Position numbers and translations under genes: made by a program
Assembly (NCBI GenBank): GCA_964584165.1
Contig: CAZOYW010000006.1
Coordinates: 36,022 to 100,021 of the forward strand
DNA length: 64,000 nt
Direction: 5' to 3'
Origin: an uncultured bacterium
GTDB taxonomy: Bacteria > Auribacterota > Erginobacteria > Erginobacterales > CAZKCI01
Part shown: piece after piece, positions 57,129 through 64,000 of the stretch
Numbering within the stretch: the first letter of the stretch is position 1
How the letters are laid out: each line of letters starts with the position of its first letter
The notes under the pieces: model-generated
The model's input: the letters and a program-made list of their open reading frames with translations, nothing else
What the model was told of the DNA's origin: nothing
Database searches by the model: none

Positions 57129-58517
57129 TTAGGTCCGGGGGGAGAAGAGGGAGCGGACCAGGTCCGGCCGGCGCAGGAGCGCCCGCCAGGCCATCGGGTC
57201 CTTGAGCTTCCTCGCCCAGTAGGACGGGCGGCGGTAGAAGGCGGCGAAGGCGCGGCGGAGCCAGGATTCCAGGTCGGGGACGAGGTAGGGGAGGCGGTCG
57301 GAACGGAGGCCCAGCGTGTATTGGCGCCAGTAGTCCGGGTCGATCAGCCCCTCCCGGACCGCGTCCTCGTGGAGGAGGGTGCCGGGGAGCGGGACCGCGG
57401 GGTAGAACATCACGTAGTCGGGTGCGAGCGAGCGGGCGAGGCGGATCGTCGCCGCCATCGTCTCGGGCGTCTCCCCGGCGTAGCCCAGGATGAAGTAGGC
57501 GCCGGTCTTCAGGCCGGCCGCCCGGGCCCCGGCGAAGGCGGCCTTTGCCTGGGCGATTGTGATCCCCTTCTCCATCCGGTCGAGGATCGCCTGGGAGCCC
57601 GACTCCACTCCGAACTTGAGCTGCCGGCAGCCCGACTCCCTCATCAGCTTCATCAAGTCGGCCGAAACGATGTCCACGCGGGTCGCGCCCTGCCAGCGGA
57701 GGCGCAGCCCCCGGCGCCGGATCGAGCGGCAGAGGGACTCGATCTGGGCGGCGTTGACGGTGAGCATGTCGTTGCAGAAGATGATCTCCCTCACCCCCTC
57801 GTCGACGGCGAGGCGCTCCATCTCCTCCGCGACCAGCTCGGGCGAGCGGTGCCTCACCCGCCGCTGCTCCGGCGGGCGGTGGCAGAAGCCGCAGCGGAAA
57901 GGGCAGCCCCGGGTGGAGATCATCGTCGCCATCGGGGAACGGGCGTCGGCCCGGCCGTACCGGCGGGGGGGGATGAGGTCGCGGGCGGGGAGCGGGATCC
58001 CGTCCAGGTCCTCGACCACGGCGGAGGGGTTGCAGACCGTCTCCCCCCCCCTCCTCCAGACCAGTCCGGGGACCCCGGCTAAGTCGCCCCCTCCCCGCAG
58101 GGCGTCGAGGAGGACGAGCAGCGCCTCCTCGCCCTCCCCGGCGACGGCGAAGTCGAAACAGCGGTGGGAGAGGGTCTCGCGGGGGAGGAGCGAGACGTGG
58201 GGGCCGCCAACCACCACCCGGGGGGCGCATTCCCGCGCCTGCGAAGCGGCCTCCACCGCCCCCTGGATCTCCGGCGTGGTGGCGGTGATCCCCACGAGGT
58301 CGGGGCGCCAGCGCTCGAGGGCGCGCCGGAGGTCGTCCGCCCCCCACCCTTCCCGGACGCAGTCGAAGAGGGCGGCCTCGTGGCCGGTGGCCCGCAGCGC
58401 CCCTCCCAGGTAGGCGAGACCGAGCGGCGGCCAGACGCCCATCCGGTCGACCACCGAGGGGAGCTCCCGGGTGTTGACCATCGCCCGGTCGTGATAGCGG
58501 ACGAGCGCCACCCTCAT
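57129..58517 (-). CDS. B12-binding (class B) radical SAM enzyme (463 aa)
   Basis: MRVALVRYHDRAMVN...; TRGCPFRCGFCH. ATG 58517 forms an ATGA overlap with the upstream stop; the 851-aa ORF extension is junk. Confidence 0.85.
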   Translation of the reverse strand: MRVALVRYHDRAMVNTRELPSVVDRMGVWPPLGLAYLGGALRATGHEAALFDCVREGWGADDLRRALERWRPDLVGITATTPEIQGAVEAASQARECAPRVVVGGPHVSLLPRETLSHRCFDFAVAGEGEEALLVLLDALRGGGDLAGVPGLVWRRGGETVCNPSAVVEDLDGIPLPARDLIPPRRYGRADARSPMATMISTRGCPFRCGFCHRPPEQRRVRHRSPELVAEEMERLAVDEGVREIIFCNDMLTVNAAQIESLCRSIRRRGLRLRWQGATRVDIVSADLMKLMRESGCRQLKFGVESGSQAILDRMEKGITIAQAKAAFAGARAAGLKTGAYFILGYAGETPETMAATIRLARSLAPDYVMFYPAVPLPGTLLHEDAVREGLIDPDYWRQYTLGLRSDRLPYLVPDLESWLRRAFAAFYRRPSYWARKLKDPMAWRALLRRPDLVRSLFSPRT

Positions 58518-59944
58518 CGCGTCCCCTCCCCCGTCTCGAAGATCTCCCGGAGCACCCGCCCGGCCGAGCGGGCGGGCGGGCGGAGGCCGAGGATGGCCGC
58601 CGCCGTCGCCCCGATGTCCATGATCGTCCCGGAGGCTTCGACCCGGGCGCCCCGCCGGATCATCGGCCCGCGGGCGATGAAGGGGACGATCCGCTCGGAG
58701 GGGGCGAGGAGGTAGGAGTGGTCGATCCCGGCGATCCCGTGGTCGGAGCAGACGATCACCGCCGTCTCCGCCTCCAGCCCCTCTCGGCGGAGCCAGCCGA
58801 AGAAGCGGCCGAGGCGCTCGTCGGTCCGCTCCAGCGACTCCCGGTAGAGCGCGGAAGCGGAGCCATAGGCGTGGCCGACGAAATCCGCCTCGCTGATGTC
58901 GAAGACGAAGAGCCGGACCTCGGGGCGGCCGAGCAGGTCGCGCTGGAGCTCCGCCAGCGCGAGCTCGTCGATCCGCCAGCAGGAGACGGCGGCGATCGGG
59001 ACGACCTTCACCTCCCACTCCGGCTTGGAGAAGTGGCGCACGTGCATCGATCCGTAGAGGACCGTCGGCGTGAGGTCGGGCAGCCCCTCGACCCGGATCC
59101 GCTGGCCGAGGTTGTTGTTGAGGACGCCGTGGACCCGGGGCGGCGCGCCGGTGAGGATGCTGGCGAAGGCCGGGTTGGTCAGGGCCCGGTAGACCGTCCG
59201 GAGCCCCGGGAGGATCTCCGTCCCCTCCCCCGCGAAGGACCGGAGCGACGGTCGGGCGATCCGGTCGAAGACGTCCCGCCGAACGCCGTCGATGTTGAGG
59301 ATGATCAGGCGGCGGGCGGGGGCGAGAGCGGGGAGGGCGGGGCCGGACGCCGGGTCCGAGAGGATGCGGGGGAGGAGCTTGCGCACCGCCGCCGCCCAGA
59401 GAAGGAGGAGAGGGAAGGGAGCGGCGGCCGTTAAACTCCCCCGGGCGGCGGCGAGAAGAGAGAGCGTCAGGAAGCCGGAAAAGGCGACCGACATCGAGAG
59501 GCTGACCGTGGTCGGGGCGACCGTCCAGCAGGAGTTCCAGAGCATCCGGAAGGGGACCGAGCCGTCGCGGCTGACCAGGCCGTTGGGGATGCCCATGAAG
59601 AGGAGCTGGACCGCGGCGAAGACCGCGATCTGGAGGAGGAGCGCGGCGGCGAGCGTCCCCGGCGCCAGGACGCCCATGAGCCACCAGTAAGCGGCCGCCG
59701 CCGGGACGGCCAGGGAGAGCCAGGGGTGAAAGTCGCCGATCCGGCAGATCGCGTAGACCGCCCCCGCCGCCGGGAGGGCCCAGAGGGTCGCGGCCGACCA
59801 GGGAGGGGAGAGGAGGAGGAAGACCCCGATCCCGGCGATCGCGTAGTAGGTGTCGATGCTGTTGAAGAAGTAGAGGACGCGGACCGCGACGTCCTCCACC
59901 CCGGCGAGGAGGTCGGAGAGGGCCGAGCGCAGGGAGCGGTTCAT
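58514..59944 (-). CDS. Membrane-anchored alkaline-phosphatase-superfamily enzyme, NPP/type I phosphodiesterase-like (476 aa)
   Basis: Six N-terminal TM helices; ILNIDGVRRDVF, LTGAPPRVHGV, VCSDHGI. ATG 59944 forms an ATGA overlap with the upstream stop. Confidence 0.75.
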   Translation of the reverse strand: MNRSLRSALSDLLAGVEDVAVRVLYFFNSIDTYYAIAGIGVFLLLSPPWSAATLWALPAAGAVYAICRIGDFHPWLSLAVPAAAAYWWLMGVLAPGTLAAALLLQIAVFAAVQLLFMGIPNGLVSRDGSVPFRMLWNSCWTVAPTTVSLSMSVAFSGFLTLSLLAAARGSLTAAAPFPLLLLWAAAVRKLLPRILSDPASGPALPALAPARRLIILNIDGVRRDVFDRIARPSLRSFAGEGTEILPGLRTVYRALTNPAFASILTGAPPRVHGVLNNNLGQRIRVEGLPDLTPTVLYGSMHVRHFSKPEWEVKVVPIAAVSCWRIDELALAELQRDLLGRPEVRLFVFDISEADFVGHAYGSASALYRESLERTDERLGRFFGWLRREGLEAETAVIVCSDHGIAGIDHSYLLAPSERIVPFIARGPMIRRGARVEASGTIMDIGATAAAILGLRPPARSAGRVLREIFETGEGTR

Positions 59945-60996
59945 CTTCGGTGGCGGAGGAGGTTGCCCGGCGGAAAACTCAAGCGGGTCTCGAGGTAGCA
60001 GACGTAGCAGGTGGTCCGGCAGCGGGCGCAACCGGCCAGGGAAGCGAGCGTCCGCCGGTATTCCGGAGTCGCCATGACTCCGGGCCAGTCCCGGAGCCGG
60101 AAGGGGGACCGCCAGCCCATCCCCTCGAGGCAGGGGAAGACCGTCCCGTCCGGCCAGACCTCCAGGTGATGATAGCCGAAAAGGCAGGGCCGGGAAGCGA
60201 AAACGTCCGTCCGGCCCCGGACGAGGAACTCGGCGGCGGCCCGGAGGAAACGGTCGGAGTTGATCACCCGCCGCGAGCGGGCGAGCTCCCGGAAGACCGC
60301 CTCGATCCGCGCCGGGTCCGGCGGGGGGGCGGACCGCTCCCCGGCGGCGCCGTCGAAGGCCGGGTGGGAGTTGCGCGGCTGGATCTTCATCTTCACCCCC
60401 GCCTCCCCGGCCAGGCGGAGGACGCTTAAGGCCTCCTCCGGCCGGTCGGGCATGACCACGGCGTTCAGGACCACCGCCGTCGCCGGGGCGGCGGCGCGGA
60501 GCGCCTCCACCGCCTGGAGCGCCCCGACGTGCGCGCCCGGCTTTCCCCGGATGGCGTCGTGGAACGCGGGCGAGCCGTCGATGCTGATCGAGACCTCGTC
60601 CACGCCGGCGGCCCGGAGGGAGGCCGCCCGCGAACGGTCGAGAAGGGAGCCGTTGGTCACCAGGTGCGTGTAGAGGACGCCCCCGGCGCGCGCCGCCGCG
60701 AGCGCCTCCTCGGCGTAGGGGAGGAGGAGCGGCTCGCCGCCGCTGATGCTGAAGTAGGCGCAGGAGAGGTTCCCCAGCTCCCGGGCCAACCTCAGGATCT
60801 CCTCGCGCCCGAGGGTCGGGGACCCCGGGTGCTTCCTGATCTCGCAGAAGGAGCAGGCAAAATTGCAGCGGGTGGTGATGTAGCAGCCGCAGGCCATCGG
60901 ACGGGGGCGGGAGCGCAGGTAGGACGCGTACCAGCGGGCGGTCCGAAAGAGGAGCGGAAGGGCCCGGCGGGGCTTGAGGAGGAGGGGATGCCTCAC
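59941..60996 (-). CDS. Radical SAM/SPASM-domain enzyme, anSME-like paralog (351 aa)
   Basis: CNFACSFCEIRK; SIDGSPAFHDAIRGKPGAH; C-terminal CLFGYHHLEVWPDGTVFPC...CARCRTTCYVCY. Confidence 0.85.
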   Translation of the reverse strand: MRHPLLLKPRRALPLLFRTARWYASYLRSRPRPMACGCYITTRCNFACSFCEIRKHPGSPTLGREEILRLARELGNLSCAYFSISGGEPLLLPYAEEALAAARAGGVLYTHLVTNGSLLDRSRAASLRAAGVDEVSISIDGSPAFHDAIRGKPGAHVGALQAVEALRAAAPATAVVLNAVVMPDRPEEALSVLRLAGEAGVKMKIQPRNSHPAFDGAAGERSAPPPDPARIEAVFRELARSRRVINSDRFLRAAAEFLVRGRTDVFASRPCLFGYHHLEVWPDGTVFPCLEGMGWRSPFRLRDWPGVMATPEYRRTLASLAGCARCRTTCYVCYLETRLSFPPGNLLRHRR

Positions 60997-62147
60997 CGCT
61001 TCACCTCCGGGCGGGCGGCAAGGAGGCGGAGGGCGGCCGCGACCACCTCCTCGGTCCCGATCGCCTGGAGGCAGCGGTTGTCCCGGCAGTTGGCCATCTT
61101 GTAGCGGTAGACGTTGAGGCAGGGGCTGCAGTGGCGGCGGGAGTAGAGGACCTCGTGGCGCTCGGGCGGGAGCGGGCCGTAGAGGCGGGGGGTTTCCGGC
61201 CCGAAAAGGGCGACGCAGGGCGTCCCCAGCGTGGCGGCGAGATGCATCGGGCCGCTGTCGTTCCCGATGTAGAGGGCGGCCCGGCGGAGAAGTCCGGCGA
61301 GCTCGGCGAGGGTGAGCGTCCCGACCAGGGGGATCAGGCGCTCCTCCTTCCGGAAGGCCTCGACCAGGGGAGCCATGTACTCGCGGTCGGCGGGGCCGCC
61401 GATGGCGGCGACGGCGAGGTCGGTCCGGTCCAGGAGCCCCCGGATCGCGGCGATGTACCGGTCCCGGGGCCAGCGGCGCTGGAGGGAGAGGTCGCCCGCG
61501 TTGGGGTTGACCACGGCGAAGGGGCGGGAGAGGAAGGGGAAGCGGGCCGCGTCCAGGGCCGCGGGGCCGGTGGCCACCCGGGGCTCGCTCGCCTCCGCGC
61601 AGCCCAGGAAGGCGGCGATCCGGCCAAAGCAGTCCCGAGCATGGAGGGAGTGGTCGAAGACGACCCCGACGTCGTAGAGGGCGTCCCGCTCCGGCTTCAG
61701 GGAGGTGAAGCCGATCGAGGGTGAGCCGGACGAGAAGGCGACCAGGGCGGTAAAGTTGGAGGAGAACTCGAAGTCGATCACCAGGTCATAGCGCGCGGCG
61801 CGGACCGCGGCGAAGAGCTTGAGGACGGCGAGGGGGAAGGACGGCCGGCGGAGATCGACCGTGACCACCCGGTCGATCTCCGGGATCAGGCGGCAGGCCT
61901 CCGCCGTCTCCGGAAGGGTGAGGAAATCGATCCAGGCCCGGGGCCAGCGCCCCTTGATGGCCCGGAGGGTGGGCGAGATCAGAAGGATCGATCCGATCCC
62001 CCAGCATTTGACGCAGAGGATGCGGGGCGACGAACCCGGGGCCGGGGCCACGTTTCCCCTCCGCCGGCGACGAAAAAGGCCGGCCAGGCGGCCCAGGAAG
62101 AAGCCGGCCGAGGCGTCAACGCGGCGGAGGAAATTGATCGAGTACAT
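60993..62147 (-). CDS. GT9-family glycosyltransferase (ADP-heptose:LPS heptosyltransferase-like)
   Basis: ILCVKCWGIGSILLISPTLRAIKGRWP...; GNDSGPMHLAATLGTPCVALFGP; ATGA overlap with the upstream start. Confidence 0.8.
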   Translation of the reverse strand: MYSINFLRRVDASAGFFLGRLAGLFRRRRRGNVAPAPGSSPRILCVKCWGIGSILLISPTLRAIKGRWPRAWIDFLTLPETAEACRLIPEIDRVVTVDLRRPSFPLAVLKLFAAVRAARYDLVIDFEFSSNFTALVAFSSGSPSIGFTSLKPERDALYDVGVVFDHSLHARDCFGRIAAFLGCAEASEPRVATGPAALDAARFPFLSRPFAVVNPNAGDLSLQRRWPRDRYIAAIRGLLDRTDLAVAAIGGPADREYMAPLVEAFRKEERLIPLVGTLTLAELAGLLRRAALYIGNDSGPMHLAATLGTPCVALFGPETPRLYGPLPPERHEVLYSRRHCSPCLNVYRYKMANCRDNRCLQAIGTEEVVAAALRLLAARPEVKR

Positions 62148-62201
62148 TTTATTCCATTATACCCCATCCGCGGCCGTCCCCAGCCAGGGGGGCCGCCGAC
62201 C

Positions 62202-63620
62202 TCAGCGGGACCGCCGGAAGCGCCAGAAGTAGCGGATCGCCTCGCCATAGCCCATCCGTTTCCAGTTCTTGAACCAGAAAAACAATCCCGCGTAGCGGAC
62301 CCCCCGCAAAGGGAAAGGCAGGCGAGCGAGCCAGCGGAAGCGGCGGTAAAAACCCGGAAAGCGGACGAAGAAGTAGAAGAGGTATTGGACGTTCTCGATC
62401 GTCCGGCGGTCGGGAATGGCGCAGACCGAGCGGGTGAAGTAGTTCCCCGGGAGGTCCTCGGCTTTGAAATCGGGGGGGATGCACCCCGCCCGGACCGCCG
62501 CGTCGAAGATCCGGGTGTCGGGGTAGGGGAAGAGGAAGCTGGAGAAGGGGTGGTCCACCTTGAGCTCGTGGTAGAGCTCGACCGTGCGGAAGGCGTCGGC
62601 GACGGTCTCGCCGGGGAAGACGAACATGGAGGGGGCGTAGACCTCGATCCCCCGCTCCTTGACCAGGCCGATCTGGCGGCGGAACTCGGCGTCGGTGAAG
62701 GCCTTCTTGTTGAAGACTCCCCGGCGCTTTTCCTCGCTCCCGGTCTCGATCCCGAACTCGACGCTGGCGCAGCCGGTATCCCGGAGGAGGTCGGCGACCT
62801 CGGCGTCGATCGTCCCCGGCCCGGCCGAGCAGATGTAGGGGAGGCCGATCTCCTTCCGATAGCGGGGGAGGAAGCTTTTGAGCCAGTCCCGGTCGAGGAG
62901 GAAGAGGTCGTCGATGAAGAAAACCGTCTCCGCTTTCCGATAGCGGTCCCGGAGCCGGATGAGCTCCCCGAGTGCGAACTCGGGCGACTGGCGGCGCTGC
63001 ACCGGCCCCAGCCCCTTGAAAAGCCGGTTGAGCGTCTCGTTGACGCAGAAGGAGCAGGGGAAGGGGCAGCCCCGGGAGGAGAGGTACTGGAGGAGGGTGT
63101 CGTCGGCGAGCCGCGGGTAGCGGCGGAAGTAGACCTCGCGGTCCTCCGGGTAGGCGTCGAGGTCGGCGATGAGCGGGCGCAAGGGGTTCCGGTAGATCTT
63201 CCCCTGGCGGCGGACATGGAGGTTCCGGATACCAGTGATCACTGCTTTGTTCGCCTTCCCCAGCGCCGCCAGGAGTTCGACCACCGCCTCCTCCCCCTCC
63301 CCCACGCAGATCGCGTCGAGCTCCTTCGTCTCCTCGAGGAGCGCGGGGTGGATGGTGGGGTGGATGCCCCCGGCGAGGAGGAAGGCCGCCGGCGCCGCCC
63401 GCCGGATCGCGGGGACGACCGCCCGGAACCAGTTGAGGTCGCTGGAGCAGAGCGTGATCCCGACCGCGTCGGGTCCGAAGGCGGCGATCTCCCGCGGGAG
63501 GTCCTTCTCGGCGTTCTCCATCAGGACCAGGCACGTGTGACCGGCCCGGGCGGAGGCGGCGGCGAGGGAGGCGATCCCGGGGAGGGCGAAGACCTGGCGC
63601 TGGACGAAGAGGATCTTCAT
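62202..63620 (-). CDS. B12-binding (class B) radical SAM enzyme
   Basis: MKILFVQRQVFALPGIAS...; SRGCPFPCSFCVNE. An alternative TTG start at 63641 is possible. Confidence 0.85.
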   Translation of the reverse strand: MKILFVQRQVFALPGIASLAAASARAGHTCLVLMENAEKDLPREIAAFGPDAVGITLCSSDLNWFRAVVPAIRRAAPAAFLLAGGIHPTIHPALLEETKELDAICVGEGEEAVVELLAALGKANKAVITGIRNLHVRRQGKIYRNPLRPLIADLDAYPEDREVYFRRYPRLADDTLLQYLSSRGCPFPCSFCVNETLNRLFKGLGPVQRRQSPEFALGELIRLRDRYRKAETVFFIDDLFLLDRDWLKSFLPRYRKEIGLPYICSAGPGTIDAEVADLLRDTGCASVEFGIETGSEEKRRGVFNKKAFTDAEFRRQIGLVKERGIEVYAPSMFVFPGETVADAFRTVELYHELKVDHPFSSFLFPYPDTRIFDAAVRAGCIPPDFKAEDLPGNYFTRSVCAIPDRRTIENVQYLFYFFVRFPGFYRRFRWLARLPFPLRGVRYAGLFFWFKNWKRMGYGEAIRYFWRFRRSR

Positions 63621-63699
63621 CGGGACTCGGGAGCTAAACAAGCGATCAACCGGCCCAAACCACGCGGAGGCGCCGGCGGTTACAGCTCAAGGCACTATT

Positions 63700-63743
63700 C
63701 CGGATTATTCATGGCGATCGAAAGATCGCCATGAATAATCCGG
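63700..63743. promoter_or_regulatory. Perfect 20-bp-arm palindrome CCGGATTATTCATGGCGATC-GAAA-GATCGCCATGAATAATCCGG in a divergent promoter region
   Basis: Exact inverted repeat read directly; it shares the outer CCGGATTATTCA/TGAATAATCCGG with 49908-49950; it lies between the - strand rSAM operon start and a + strand gene. Confidence 0.6.
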
Positions 63744-63848
63744 AACAGTATACCCTAAAACGGCCGAACGCCAGATACTGCTTGAGGGGGGGCTCGCTTC
63801 GGTATATTTTCCTCTTCGATGGCCGCCACCGCGGCCTGCAGGGAGAAA

Positions 63849-64000
63849 ATGACCGGACCCCTCGTCATCGCCCTGGGAACCGCTTCTTTCCTCGTCGCCT
63901 TTTTCCTCCACGCCGCCCTCTGGCGGAGGGGGCGGCCAGAGCGGGAGATGACCCGCCTCTTCGTCATCTTCGCCGCCCTCCCCCTCCCCTTCTACCTGGC
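63849..64000 (+). CDS. 5' end of a + strand membrane protein gene (partial), divergent from the island
   Basis: GGGAGAAA RBS followed by ATG; MTGPLVIALGTASFLVAFFLHAALWRRG... is a hydrophobic TM start; runs off the window. Confidence 0.35.
   Translation, partial: MTGPLVIALGTASFLVAFFLHAALWRRGRPEREMTRLFVIFAALPLPFYL

Noticed and set aside
58518-59684. Upper part of the 851-aa ORF 57129-59684
   Set aside because: Arg/Pro-rich alternate frame of the NPP-like gene; the real rSAM starts at ATG 58517 (ATGA-coupled)
63755-63967. Small - strand ORFs (68-70 aa) near the window end
   Set aside because: They overlap the divergent promoter and the + strand membrane-protein start; no RBS or signal

Overview
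This is a high-GC (~70%) bacterial window that is almost entirely coding. I found no rRNA, tRNA, CRISPR array, transposase or integrase. I read it as one very large cell-envelope glycan/lipid-decoration island of about 40 genes. A five-gene + strand operon runs 3031-10144, opposite a YfhO-family gene at 179-2734 across a 300-bp divergent promoter. About 33 genes lie on the - strand from 63620 down to 10188, tightly packed. Eight gene junctions are 4-nt ATGA or GTGA start/stop overlaps. The island contains four YfhO-family GT-C proteins and at least six further multi-pass GT-C-like membrane proteins. Three of those form a paralog set sharing a C-terminal REVFAIMSPRH motif, and one is fused to ankyrin repeats. 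There are four GtrB/DPM1-like polyprenyl-phosphate-sugar GT2 enzymes, one GT9, a Glf-like FAD mutase, an RGP/GT75-like putative arabinopyranose mutase, an RmlC-like epimerase and a split transketolase. Five paralogous anSME-like radical SAM/SPASM enzymes and five paralogous B12-binding (class B) radical SAM enzymes are present. Four sulfatase-fold (alkaline-phosphatase superfamily) proteins have a degenerate CxPxR motif: Thr/Ser replaces Cys and the Arg is absent. There is also a membrane NPP-like phosphodiesterase and two class I SAM methyltransferases. Non-coding structure includes two REP-like palindromic elements, heptamer (GTGATCA) tandem arrays (one sits in-frame inside a GT-C gene as an inverted pair of degenerate arrays), and a conserved AT-rich palindromic operator-like motif (CCGGATTATTCA...TGAATAATCCGG) at two promoter-proximal sites. 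Most long overlapping ORFs in the six-frame track are GC-driven antisense or alternate-frame artefacts, and I rejected them. Coordinates of non-ORF features are accurate to about +/-2 nt.
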